From a bacterium (GTDB lineage Bacteria; UBA8248), in contig CBDBZY010000064.1 in the NCBI GenBank assembly GCA_965213685.1, forward strand, positions 832,001-896,000: a stretch of DNA of 64,000 nucleotides, read 5' to 3'. Positions 39,116-60,175 of this stretch are shown one piece after another. Numbering within the stretch: position 1 is the stretch's first letter; every line of letters begins with the position of its first letter. The notes under the pieces were generated by a model that was not told the origin of the DNA, made no database searches, and worked only from the letters and a program-made list of their open reading frames with translations. The translations under genes and the position numbers were made by a program.

Positions 39116-40310
39116 AAATCCATTGCCCTTTTACGAAATATGTACGGACTGTCACTGAGCAGCTATCACTGAGAAGACAGCGAGGTTATATCTGTCTTTC
39201 TGATACTGTTCTTCGGCAACAGGAGGACTGAAGAGGTACTGTTGTTACGTCTTTCCCGCGTGTCAGTGGCCGCATTCACACAGCAGCAAAAATGTGAGCC
39301 CACAAGTGTTGCTTTGTTACGAGACTACAAGCAATAAACATATATATAGCACAGCAAATTGTCGTAGTCAGAGAGGAAAGCGGCTCTCTTCGAGTCCTTG
39401 TTTCAGCTTCAGGTAATTCATACATTCAATGGAGCTCTGCTAACAGACCAACACACCTGACGTCACGTCCAAACCCACACGTGTCACACCTCCTTGGCCA
39501 TAATAATATTGTCAGCCATTTACGTCTCACGTGAGTGCCGTCCCGCGAGCCTTGCGCTTGGTACATGGTGGATCCAGAAGGCGTTAGTTGTAAGGTGAGC
39601 TGATGCGTCATTCGGTGCTGGTCTCGTAGCTCGACAGTGTTTGTACGTTTATACATAATAGGCAGTTTGTTGCGATGACTCGGAACGGCCCATATATGTC
39701 CGCTAAGTTAGTACGGCTGGAAGATTCAGCTTTGCAATCCAGCATGACTACAACTTTCCCTCTACAATGTGAAGTTTGTGTAGTGAAAAGTACAGTTATT
39801 ATTGTCATTTCAATGTCTGTACATGTCAGTGTTCAACACCAGCTTGGTACGTTCGTACTGTTGTCAGGAGGCCTACAACGATTTGTAGTCAATACCGTTT
39901 CTGGTCTACATATGCCTTTCAAGGAAGAGAGTGATATGTCGGCCTGCTGGTCTCCAAATGAACTTAGTTAATAGTCCATAGTGGGAAGGTTTTCCATCAG
40001 CCATACTAGCATCGCTCTTCAATTAGGTGAATAACAATTTTCATACACACCTTATGAGCTTCTAGGTACTCTCACAAACACATATACAGAGCACCTGACG
40101 ATGTCACTTTCAACTTCCTGACTGCTAAAGTCCCCCTGAAACCAAAACTTCCTTAAAGTGTTAGTAGTAGGAGTATGGAAAGAGGAAGGGTAAACATTTT
40201 AGTTGGTATACTAGTCACTGGGACATTTCAAGAATGGTGGTGTATATAAACAGTTTTGTTTTCTGTTGCCCAGGTTCTGTACCATTCACCTAGTAAGCCA
40301 ACTCTCTAAA

Positions 40311-43112
40311 ATGGAGGAAGGCAGTACGCATAGTGATGACAGTGATTATGAACCTGCACCAATTGCTTGCACAATGAACGACAGCAGCCAGCCTCCCCCT
40401 CTCCCTCCCCCTCGTTCATCATTCACTTTTCCTCATGGTTCATTCACTTTTCCTCGTCGTATACATTCCCACAGCTCAGCGGACCTCTATTCCTCAGTGA
40501 AATCTCAAAACCAACTGTTTCTCTGCCAGGCAATGAGGAAGTCAATCAGTGCTGATGTGAAGTTCCTGCTTCCTAAAGAGCCTGTGCAGTTGTCACAGTT
40601 CATCACGCGCTATTCTGCCCTGCTTCCCTGTCAAGTTCAGCTCCTCAGTGGATTCTGCTCCACTTCCATGGCCTCTGCTCCCTTACAGAGCGACATCCTC
40701 CAACTGCATTTCATCAAACACAGCAAGGTTGTAGTAATGAAGGAAAAGGAGAGTGGAGAAGAGTGCTCTGTCCCTCTCAACTCGGCAACAAAGTTTGGCC
40801 TTTTGTACAACCCTCATGCAGACCTGCTGGAGGCAATGGCTGGATTCGAGTTCGAAACTGTGGGGGATGTCATGGCCATGAAGCCTCTGCCTCTTGTTAT
40901 AAAAGCAACACAGTGCTACAAGGGGAGCTCGGCTGAATCATTAGTGGAAGAGGAAGAGATTTTTTGGGTGTTAGGAATCAGAAACTCCTTTCGTTCCAAA
41001 CATCTTCGAGTTCGTAGTCTACAGAAAGGAAACAAGCTCTTGCCTGAGAAGTGCTCAGGTGCCTTTACTACTCTACCAGATGACATCCAAGTCCCACTGG
41101 TGACACTTCTTGACCTCGGTCTTCATCTGCCACAAACTGCAGTTGCCTTTGGTAGTGATAGCACCATGCAGCAGCAATCGACGAAGTATCTCGTTATTTT
41201 GGAAAAGATGGCAGGCGAGACCTGCATCATTGCCTCCTACCCTAGTCCAGAGGAGAAGAAAGAACTCACTCACCTGGAAGTATCGTCTGACTTGGAAGTA
41301 GAAGTGGAGACAGTAGCAATGAATCTGTCGGCAAGGAAAGAGCTTGAGATCCAAACACAAGAACTATTTGTCAACTTCAATGAGTCCAAGTCATCTCTGA
41401 TAGTTCAGAAGAGCAGCAAGCAGGCTAATGAGCTGCAAGCACTCCTCCACAGCCAGCTTCTCCCTGGTAGAGAGCAGGAGGGTGTGCAGCTCGTTCACCC
41501 ACCAATGCTTGGCATTGACCAACAGCCCTGTGAAGATCCTCCGAGATCCGAGGCAAGTTCCTCTCAGCCCCCCACACCAGAGGTGAATATTTTAAGCCCA
41601 ACACCAAGTTCAGAATTTCCACCAAAGCTAGAGAACGACTACCAAGTGGTGCCTTCAGATGGAGGCACTGCAGATGAAGATTATGTATACATGGCTCGGT
41701 TAGGCAGCATTCCTGAATCTCTGAGTGAAGACGCTTTTAATTCACACTCTCGCAGCCCAAGTGCTGAGATTGAGTATCCCAAGCAGAAAACCCCTACAGT
41801 AGCAGATGTTGAATCACAGAGTCAGTTCGTACATACATCAAACAGCCTGCCTGAACTGTTCGCCAAACTTGACAACTTTTCTCAGCAAGTAGGCTCACTA
41901 TCAGCTTATATGAAACAACAAGACTGTATCCTGAAAGAAATGGAGAAACTACAGTCCACTATGCTCGCAGTACAGAAAGACGTAGAGCTTTTGAAAAGTC
42001 CTACAGAGGTAGGGAAGACATCCCCAGATCCGCAAGAAGAAGAGCACGAAAGAAACAGAAGATTCCTGGCTACTCTGGACACTCAACAGGTAAACTGATG
42101 TTTGTCCCTTATTGTGGTGAACTACTATGTAAGCTGTGCCTAGATCTTATCTCAAGCCCCCTTTCCCCTTTTCCCCCTTTCCTGTGAAGTAGATAACATT
42201 GATTGTGTGTATGCAAATAAGCATCAGAGCAAAGAGAATCTATTGCATGTCTGTTTGCTCATCCATTTGATATTCCTCATGGGTGACTGCTTATCACATT
42301 ACCCACTGTACGTAATTACCTCACCAATGGCAAGATATGTGTGGGAGGGAGGGTGGAAGCTGGTGTCTAAGCTTCTGGTAGGACATGATTTGCCCTATTC
42401 GAGCTTAGTATGGCATTGGGCCACCTTGCTTCAAGCATGTGGCATGGGAGGTCCCATACCCATACTCCTTGAAGACATAAGTGTACATGTATACTTTCCA
42501 GAGCCTGTTGCAAAGTAGTTGCTGTGTAGTTTTTTAAACCACTTGCCATTTGAAGAGTTTTTGCTACATGTACATGTATATCTACGTGTGTGTGTGTGTG
42601 TGTGTGTGGGGGGGGGGGGGGGGTACCTTTGTAGTGTTGGTATATCCTGGAAAGTCCTCTAAACCTGTGGCATCAGCCATACACGTTGCTAGGCAACATC
42701 ATAGTAATAGTACACTCTTCCCCTTTTGTGGCATTACACAGGAGTGGCATAATTGGTCAGGGTACTTGAATTTTGGCCTCTTGTGAATTCATAATTATGT
42801 ATTGGAAGACATTCCCTGCCCAATGCACAAAGTGTACTACAGCTGTCATGCCCATGGCATAGTATTGCAAATAAACCACATTAATCTTTGAATCCAATAT
42901 CTTGTGCATAACAGATTCTGAAGATACTGGATGCACTGGATCTCCCTGAGTACAAGGAGGCCTTTCAAAGACAGCACATTAATGGGCACGTGCTACTGCA
43001 GCTGAATCACCAGATACTGGAAGATGAGTTGGGAATTAAGTCTAAACTCCACCGCATTCGCCTCATGACATTAGTGTCAGGAAAGGTGTCGGGCAACACT
43101 CTTTTGCCATAG
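40311..43112 (+). CDS. CABIT-domain and C-terminal SAM-domain signalling adaptor (GAREM/THEMIS-like); exons 40311-42089 and 42915-43112
   Basis: Long open exon with CABIT-like LSQFITRYSALLPCQVQL...SVPLNSATKFGL...FETVGDV...LPLVI, a PPPLPPPR motif, Tyr motifs and a coiled-coil. A phase-0 CAG/GT...CAG splice joins it to the SAM exon ILKILDALDLPEYKEAFQRQHINGHVLLQL...ELGIKSKLHRIRL. Confidence 0.85.
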
Positions 43113-44094
43113 TACTTAACGCTTCATTTGCACTCTTTGTTGTTTACCTGCACTTCTAGCTGTTGATCTGTAGTACATATTAGTGTATTGTTATGTACTA
43201 TGAATACATTTGTATCATACATGCAGCTGTATAAACACAAGTTTCCTTTTGGATTGGGGTGGAACCTAGTAGTTGTACCATCATTACCCTATTGTCACTC
43301 TGCCTGTACTGTAGTTCACTCCCAGCTATTTAGGCCAGGTAGACAATGTCAAGAGAATGAAATGGCCAACGAACCAGTAGTGCAGGACCTTAGTGGTACA
43401 TTTTGTCAAAATTCAGCACTATTCTTCCTGCATGGGTAAAGCAACATGTATGAACATACAAGAAAGAGTTTCGAAGTACACCTTTAGGGCACCAGTGTGT
43501 TTTAGATGGGGTGAAAAATGTAGAGTTAGTATATATTTCATCTCAGAAGTGGTCTGGGAATCTGTACATTTGTGACATATTGATAGGGACACTTTACATC
43601 ACATGTAATATTGTAATGCTGGTCAGTTTCTGTCAGAGTTTCAAGTCAAAACCATGAATTGACCTTTCAAACAACAACAGTCAACAACACATGGGGTGGC
43701 ATGTTTCAGCATTTTGGGAATGCCTCATTCCACAGACTGACACAGAGGGGACTACAACCCATGCTCACCATATGTACATAGACAGCTACAACTTTTTTCA
43801 GACCTTCCAAAGATATCAACTACCCAACATGTGTGTCACCCACGGTGGGAGAATAGCCATCTGCAGAACATCTTTGGGAGGGATGGGTGAGAGAGATAGA
43901 TAGTGGGAGAAAAGGAAAGGTGTGAAATCTAATATGTATATCCATATGAAGATACGTATCTCTTAACTAGCTAGCACTTCAATACCATATGACAATAAAG
44001 TAATAGCACATAATGTTAGCTTGTCCTTTCGTGACCTCTCACAAGCAAGAGTTGAACAAACAACTCAACCTGTGAAATCATTAGAAAGTAGTCT

Positions 44095-44173
<79 letters not shown>

Positions 44174-45249
44174 TATCCACCATTCCTGAACAGAACTCAG
44201 TTGTAAAGCATGCATACTAATTGGCCATACAGTGGCTTTCTGGCCCAATCACCACCTATACACTCATGGTAGTGGTTACCTCTCAGTTATGCTAAACTTC
44301 AGACAGGCAAGATGGATGGATATCAACTGCCAAATTAAGACCAATATGGTAGGCTGCATAATGCTAACTTTCTGGTAGGCCTGTGTGTGCTAATGTCATT
44401 CAGTGGGTGTAGGGTGAAGAAGACTCAATGGCTATGTACATTCAATAAGGCATATCTTGGCCTGTGGCTTGGATGGAGTGCCACAGTGGAGTTGGCATCT
44501 CCCACCGATTGTGGTGAGGTAATCATATGGCCATTGTAGGAAGTGGGTGGGTTCAGTCCTCTTTCCCGAGGGCACCCTACACCTGAACAATAGACTGCGC
44601 AGTTGTGGATGTGGCATGTTTTCGATGAGCATACTGATTCATGTAGCTATACATGTACATGTACATGTATGTGTCATGGAATTGGAAGCTGCAGGGAGTA
44701 TAGACTATTTATGGATAGTACATGTATACTGATTAGTTGGAGGTTATGTAGTACAAAATAGTGGGTATATAGCACATTCCTAAATTCATCAGTTGTGTTG
44801 GCATCAGTGCAGATGCTGGATAGCTGTTGTACTGCTGTAGACAATGTGCTACTTGAAAAGTCACATGACCCACAGATACACGGTAAGAGCTTAGGAGCTC
44901 TTAATCAATGCACGATGCCACAGGTAGAGACCACATGTACAGTGTTAGCTTGCCACAAGCATGTGACTCCTGTGACACCCCTCCAGGGTTAACGACAGCT
45001 CTTGCTGGAGGTATAGTATTATTTTTGGGGGGTGTATACAATAGTAATACAGCACAGGCAATGCATGAAAGTACACTATAAGAACTTTAGTGGAAATAAA
45101 GCAAAGGCGAAAATACACTCAAAAAATAACAAAAAATATATTCCCCACAGTCTGGACTAAAGGTTAAGAGGTGAAACCTGTGCCTCATAAGACATCAGGT
45201 TTCCACATCATGATGCGAAAGTCCTTTGCGACAAGACCAGAGGAAGAAC

Positions 45250-47900
45250 AAGCTACTTGGATACACATGATGAAGATTGGAGGAGGGTGAATGCAGCCAG
45301 CCCAATGACTGGAGGTACATGAGTCACTTATTGGTTAGTTGGTGCTTCTTTGCCAAGTCCACCAGTAGCAGGACATTACAAGGGGAGTGAATGAAGCTCT
45401 TTCTACTTCACGAATGCATTGTCCATATGATGACTTTTAATATTCTCATATCATTGGTAGCAAGAAGCAGGCTGGCATTGTTAGTTCAATCTGTTGAGAG
45501 GATTATACATCAAAAATGCCTAAACGACCACCCCAAAACCCACAGGCTGCAATATCAACACAAACACAATCCTCCATGTTGACGGAAGCACCTGCAAAGG
45601 TTTGATCACTGATTGGCTGCAGGGAAGGCTCACAGCACATCATGACAAACAGTGGACAATGGGTTTGCAGTAATGTCTCCGGTTTCATTGTGGCAAATGA
45701 TTGGAACCCCAACCCCCCGGGCAGGAAAGGGCATGATCAACAGAAAAGTTATTCCCATGGGCACAGTAAGATGGTGCACGGAGTGGTTGCCAGGCACATT
45801 GAAGAGCAAGAGCATTTCTGAAGGCTTCTTTGTGTAACCAAAGAACTCCACTAGCAAAGAAGTCAACCAGCTTGAGGAACCTTTTCTTGCAGCAATTCAA
45901 AGGCATGATCAAGAGAGGAGGGTAAAGTGCTGATTGCTGATGACAGGTTCTTTTGGTGCTTGTGTAAGGGAAGTTCAGCCTCAGCAGTTGACTGTTCTTT
46001 ATGCATTTTCAGGGATAATTGAAAGAATGAGGTGACAGAGTGGCTTTGTGAACTGTTTAGATGCTTGATCCTCAAGATGGAAAGTTTAAACCAGGCCACC
46101 ATTCATGGCTGGAAGTAAAGAGAAGAGATCACACTCAATTTTACTGGGTGGTGCATGACCTGTTAGGGCAGAAATGAGCTGAGACTGAATTATGTTCTCT
46201 AGTGGTTGCAATAGAAAGCTGGTGTTAGGAATGGTACAAGAAAAGGTCTCTTTTGTCCCCTTGTACACCCATAATGCTGAATGGTTCAATTCTAGAGACA
46301 GTCACTGTGTACAAGTACTTGGGACTCCTCATATCATCAGCTCTATCATGGTCAAATCACATTCAAGGAGTTTGCAGTAAGGCCAGGAAAATACTAGGAC
46401 TTTTATATCGCAAATACTGTAAGGTTTCTGACAAAGCCACTCTGCTCCAATTGTATACATCGATAGTTCATCCTCACCTGGAATACGCTGCTCATGTATG
46501 GCATCCTCACATACAATGTGTCATCCAGCTGCTTGAAAGAATGCAAAAGTTGTCCTATAGGATGTGTACCAAGGCATGGAATGCAGGCTACGAGGAATTA
46601 CTAACTACTCTGCAGCTTCCTACTCTCTCTAATCATAGGTTGTTCCTCGAGTTTGCACTGTATTCAAGATCCTTCATGGATTGTGTTACTTTCATCCACA
46701 TGTATTTTCTACCAGGGAGACTAGGACACATGTTTGTAGACCTCTGATGCTCACTCATCCTTTCGCCACAACATTTTTCATTTGTCCCTCATTCAGTTCT
46801 CCAGTGGAATAACCTGTCTGCACATGTTATCAATAATTCTTCTGTGCATTCACTTCAAGTCACTTCTGCATTACCTTAAGCACTCACAGCTAGCTCTCTT
46901 TCTTTTGTCTCTTTGTTGTTGTCATCATCTTGTTTTTGTTGTAGAGTACATTTTGATTAGCCTTGGTTATTATTGTACCCATGCTATGCAAAACTTTCAT
47001 AGAATAAGAAAATTGGTCAGTGAGTCACTGCAGCATCGTCAGCATACCAAATCTGTGTATCAATGTTGATTAAGGGGAGGATGATGATAGTGTACATTAG
47101 TGTGGCCAATGGATCCCCTTGTGCGGTACCTTCTTGTGACCAGAGTGATTGACCGTCAACAAAAAATTGTGTTTCTCTCTAATAGACATTGATCATTATA
47201 GTAGCTAGAGGTGAGCTAGCCCAGTTCCCAGGTGATTTAAATGCATTGCTTGTATCCAGCAGTAGAGCAGCCTCAGCACCTTCAGCAGAGAAAGCCACAT
47301 TCATTGCATGAATGGGCTGCCTCAACTCCAGCAGTTTGACCAGCACAGAGCTGAAGAGACCCTGCAGCTTCCTGCACATCCTCTCAAGCTACCATGAGGA
47401 CAGTTTTTGAAATCATCCATTGAGCTGTTTCACAGATGCCAATGAGATGAGAACCAGGGCTCTTGTCCATCTGCAGGCAAGAAATGGTGCCAGATTATGT
47501 GGGTTGACAAAGGTTGTACACCAGTGCCTTGCAAAGAGTGCAATAGAATGACAGAAATCATTGGATGCTGTTTGAAAAGATGTGCAAAGCCTCCTCCAGC
47601 AGGCAGCATGCATCAGTGCCAGATGGACCAGCTGCACCATCACTATGTAAAGCATGCATGCAGCATTGTGGATCATTGAGCTGTAAACGGCATCAAATAG
47701 TACAGGATGAATTTTGGGTGAAGAGTTATCCAAGTGAAGAATGCAATAGGCAGGTTGTCAGGGAGGTGTTTTTCTCTCAAGAATCTCATGAGCATTGCAT
47801 GAGTCTACATTAAGGGAGAATATGATCTCATTAAGAGAAATAAACCACCCTTGGACGTTCTGAAAATAGACATACAGCTGCTTTTGTCTTCCCCTTGAAC
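45250..47900 (-). mobile_element. Heavily decayed non-LTR retrotransposon with RT and a C-terminal restriction-like endonuclease (CRE-like)
   Basis: LLDTSNAF (~47200), [16 protein letters not shown] (~47140-47090), IWYADDA (~47050), zinc-knuckle-like CAHG...HALSCPGG (~45760), DIAACGFWGG...FDV (~45550). Confidence 0.75.
46250..46870 (+). mobile_element. 5'-truncated CR1/L2-group LINE fragment nested antisense in the CRE-like element
   Basis: YKYLGLLISSALSWSNHIQGVCSKARKILGLLYR...LYTSIVHPHLEYAAHVW, the same family pattern as the 34.4-37.7 kb LINE. Confidence 0.88.
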
Positions 47901-47959
47901 TTGTAAAGTTGTGAGCCGAGTGGCTGCTGACTTTATGGAACTTCAGAGTGACATTATGG

Positions 47960-48575
47960 AAGTAGCCAAATGGGTATAATTATGACAACTCACTAACGTT
48001 CAACACTTCAAAATGTTGATTACCCACAAAATGAAAACAATGCCATCATTGTATTTGAATGGACAACTGATTGTTGAAGTGAATAACTACAAGTATCTTG
48101 GAGTTCATTTAACATCAGATTTGAGGTAGGATACCCACATTGCAACTATCTGCCACAAGAGGAAAAAACTGCTTGGTCCCATGTACAGAAGGTCTTACAC
48201 TAGTGTCGATCCTATCTTTCTCTGCAGGCTCTACCTCTCTCTAGTCCATCCAGTATTGGAGTACGCATGTTAGGTGTGGGATCCATACACTCAGAGAAAC
48301 ATCAGAGTTGGTAGCCATGAAAGTTAACTCCCACAGTTGGAATATTGATTACGAGACATTGCTGAACATCTTTCAGCTTCCCAGTCTGAGTGCACAACGA
48401 GAATATTTAAGAATCGCCACTCTACATAAGATCATTACAGGCAACTTACTTTCTCCTTTGATATTCTGAAACATAGAGCTGCAAATCATTCCACCCGTGT
48501 TACCACAGTTATAACCAAATCTTTCACAGTTCCTACTCTTTCTTATAAACCTAGAACTCTATGTATGTGGAATAG
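47960..48575 (+). mobile_element. Decayed 3' fragment of a CR1/L2-group LINE
   Basis: NYKYLGVHLTSDLR*DTHI...LYLSLVHPVLEYAC*VWDP, with stops. Confidence 0.75.
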
Positions 48576-48779
48576 TTCAGGAACAGAATATGCAAGTAAA
48601 ACTGTTAATGTATGCTTTAGTGTATGTTGTTGTAAGTAGGGTACACTTCATATTAGCATCCTTTTGCCGTGTGTGTATCCATTGCTCTGCATGTAAAAAA
48701 AGATTCAGTCTTCAAAGACAGTACTTTTGTTGGCCCAGTATAGCTCCACGGTGCAGGCGCCTTCGCCGAAGTGACAGGA

Positions 48780-48919
48780 GTATGGTGGCCCACAGGGTTC
48801 ACCCACCGCGGCACCCGCTTCCTCTGGGTATATAGGGCATGGGGGTGCCGCAGCGGGTGCCGCAGCGGGTACAGACGCAGGTGGGTACCGCGGCGGGTGA
48901 ATCCTGTGGGCCACCGTAC
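48780..48919. mobile_element. Small GC-rich hairpin element (MITE-like)
   Basis: gtatggtggcccacagggttcacccaccgcggcaccc pairs with gggtaccgcggcgggtgaatcctgtgggccaccgtac. The loop contains gggtgccgcagc twice. Confidence 0.8.
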
Positions 48920-49637
48920 AGGAGCAGGGAAGCTGACTATGGACCATGCGTGTTCCGTCTCTATAGACCTCAAGCGTACATAGACAAGATGAAGGAGTCG
49001 GTAAAAGTTTGCTGATGGGCTAGTATACCTCTCACGCACGCGCACACCATGGCCTCCGAAGTTACGCACACACATACGCCGTATTATTTTGGGCGTGGCT
49101 TTCGCTTGTCAGCTCAGGGAGGTTCTTTTGTACGGCCCCTCGGGGCGTGAGGTTTATCCGCTGTCCGGAGGTTAGAGGTTGTCCCTATCTGGGAGGTAGA
49201 AATGCATGCTACAATCGGTTGGGGGCAGACAGTTCTACTGAGGTTGTCCGCTTCTCGGAGTGTCCAGTCCTTCTCGCCACTCGTCTTTTCCACATCAGGA
49301 ATGGGACCAACAGCTACCACGGTGTACAAAAGAATTGCCTCCATGATGGCCCAGAAGCTGGACAAGCCATACAGCAAAACCCTACACTGCCAGTCTATTA
49401 CTGAGAGTGGTTCAGCAGTTCCTCTGGGATCATTTTATTCGCAGATTTAGTCTGATTGTCCATGTTCATATTATCACTTCACGTGTCCCTGCTCTAAATG
49501 TCCGTGTTCATTTGTGATGTATAATTTTAATTAAATGTGTGACATTTCTGGCCTGACCCTCAGTACATCTGTCTTATATCACAACACTATCCACTCCTCT
49601 TCATTTCTATACAATAATATTAATACCAGGAGATAGC

Positions 49638-49749
<112 letters not shown>

Positions 49750-49775
49750 TGCACTGCCACATGAACTACATTTCT

Positions 49776-57137
<7,362 letters not shown>

Positions 57138-59244
57138 TCTCAGTTTCACAACTGTGACCGGATTGTGTGTGTAGGTGCATGTATGTTTACTTCCACTGTA
57201 AAAGAAGACAGAATGCAAACTTCTTTACAGGGTATTATTCACTACGTGTAGTGTCTACAATTGACATAAAATAATTATTGGCAATTTTGTTATTAATTTC
57301 CAGAATGTTTCCCAAGATACACATACATCCATAAAGTAGAGCTACCCCTTTATAATCTAATGCAGCAGCAGGAGTATAATGTCACAGTACATCCAGTAGT
57401 GGTGAGTTCATCTATCTAAGAGTGATCCAACCCATGCCTGCGAGATCAAGACCATTGACACGGTCACTAGGTATTCATGGCCTATTAAACACGCGGGTAA
57501 TTCTCCTCGCATTCTTACCAGCTTTGTCTTTTACGCGTCGTCATCTAAGATTCCAGAACCCGGAAACAGTACATAATTGGGGCGAGCTAGAGCGGGCCTA
57601 GTCTAGTTCCCAGACCCTTCTATTTACGCGAAGACATTGACTATACCTTCGCACGCCGGAATGTGAGATTGAAAGGAGCCCCGTAAGCGCTGCAAAGCGG
57701 CGCCAAGGAGCGTTGGGAGGAGGGCTGGGTAATTGGCTAATGGCTATGTCCAACAACACCGCATGATAAAGTGGAACAGCGATGTACTAACCACAGCAGC
57801 CAGGTTATGCTCTTATGCGGATCACAGTTACGTAACAGAAGCCACACAAGTGTATTGTAAGCCCAGTATATCTCAGTTGCCAAGTCCAGTTGGCAGCCGG
57901 GACGGTTGTCATTGGCAAGATGACCCATGTGGAAAAAGCTTTTAGTCCTGCTCATTGACCTATCAACCACAGCCACTTCAGTGAAGTGACACTAAATAAA
58001 CAATTGAAATTCCAGCGAATCAGGGAAGGGACCGGCATTACCTAGGCGTTAGGAACTAGGCTAGGACCAGCATATTATGCTCCATACATGCTACGGTTAT
58101 GCTATGCTGTGCTGCTTATCCATTATGCTCCTGTAGTGTCTCAATTATGCTCACTACCATGTACATAACACACTTCAAAGATTGCTTACAAGAGGCTGCC
58201 TCACAACTGCTGCTAGTATCTTTGTGCTACTGCCTACTGCACAAGATGTATAGACACATCAGTGAGCTACTTGGCCTCACACAGCTTGGACACCATAGTT
58301 GACCACACACACAATGCGCTGTTGGGCCAGACCCAGGCGTGGGGCGGAAAATGTCTCCAAAATGTACTGATTATACTAGCATCATGCTCAATGCTAAGAC
58401 TGTCTGATTGTGCTCAATAATATGCTGGTCCCTAATGCATAGCACTTCCCCAGACCCTTCCTCCTCCTGTGCGGAAGGACAATGAAGAAAGAACTCCTGC
58501 ATACTAATAGTCAACTTCTCTACAATCATTTTGATTCTTACAAGGACTTGTCCAATGTGTGTCTGATACAGGCCTATGTATCCTAATCCCCAACCTATTC
58601 TTGTATGTTATCATCTCACGCAGGCTGATTCGTGAATCTTGAACTTTGAAGTTTGAAGGGTCTGGGAACAGCGGGCCTATCAGTATGGCACGCTGTTAGT
58701 AACAAAATTCCACAACGACCTGAGAACCTCTCACGTCAACTGGCATGAGAGGTTTCAGCTCCCGTCATCGTGAGCACTCTCGTCAACCAGTATAGACAAG
58801 TAACCTTCCTTGTCTATACTATCTATGGTCAACCTGAGAACTTGTAAACATGAGAGATTTTCTCTCTCGTCGATGTGAGCAGTACTCTCACGACCTGGGA
58901 AAGCCTTGGTACAAGACTACCAAATGAAGAGCAGCACACATGTACTATGATACTTGGAACCCCCCTAGAACCACCCTTGCTATACGCCACTACGGCACAA
59001 AGTACAACACAATCATCACCGTTCTTACGTGTGAAAGTTCATAAAACCATTCTGTTTTGAGATCTTTGTTGTCTGTCAATCTAGAGCAAACCAAGCGCTC
59101 GCTCAAACTCGCCCCATTGATGACTGCATCTAACTAGTGATAGCTTCTGAAATTCATAGGTCACCGGGTCCGGTACATCCGCTGAGAGTCTCGGCCCCCA
59201 GACCCTTTCTAAAGGAAAGGGTCTGGTGCATATTATATCCTAGT

Positions 59245-59611
59245 TAGCCTCGTTGCCAGGCCGCAAAAATGAACGGCCTGGTACTCACTGCATGCGCATG
59301 CGCTCCATTCCCCAGAATCTGGGGAATCCGGTTATCTCAGTAAATTATTGTTCGTTTTCGCGGCTCGAGAACGAGGCTAGTCTCGATGCTAGGCTACCCT
59401 CGATATTAACTAACGCTAAAATCGAGGGTGGCCGAGGCTATGGACCAGGCTCAAAACCGCTTCAGAGACAACAAACCTTTATGGCCTTCGTATACTTACT
59501 CCGCGTATGTTTCCGTATACCTATTTGAATAATTGATACTGCGAGCATGCGCATTAAAACGCGTGCAGTGGGTACCAGGCCGTTGATTTTTGCGGCCTGG
59601 GAACGGGGCTA
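59245..59611. mobile_element. MITE with ~50-bp TIRs and a 9-bp target-site duplication, nested in an older repeat
   Basis: Ends tagcctcgttgccaggccgcaaaaatgaacggcctggtac and gtaccaggccgttgatttttgcggcctgggaacggggcta. Flanks tatcctagt (59236-59244) and tatcctaat (59612-59620). Confidence 0.85.
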
Positions 59612-60175
59612 TATCCTAATGGAATCGACGTTGGAATGTTGGCGCGGGTGTTAGAATGTTGTAAATCTGCGTGCCTGGCGTTCCAGTTTCCGTGCCGTTT
59701 CTCCCCTCCCCCTTTTTCGCACGTGACCATTAGAAAGGGTCTCCGACTGCTTTCGTAGGCACGCCCACCTATTCACGTCCACTCTTTCCTATCAGTCATG
59801 GGCTCAAAGGCCTGAAGGGTAGTGGATAAAATGCAATTCTACGAATATTTCTGCTGGCTAGCTGGGCTAGGCGCTAGGCTTGGTGCGCACGATCCGTCCA
59901 GCCATAAATACTGCACATGGTCTAGCCACGCCCTCACAGCCGCACAACTTAGTGATACAATTATTTATCATTGAATGTTGCGAACTTTCCAGTGGGTCAT
60001 GAATACACACATAATCAAGAGTGCACTATTTGTTGCTAACCGCATGCACAAAGAAATGGTTAACATGCATGTACACGTACAGTGTATGCAATACCTCAGT
60101 CACAGTATAACTATACAAGTGTGATGAATGTGCCAACCTGATACACTATTACTATAAGAGTTTTGAGCAGCAGGA

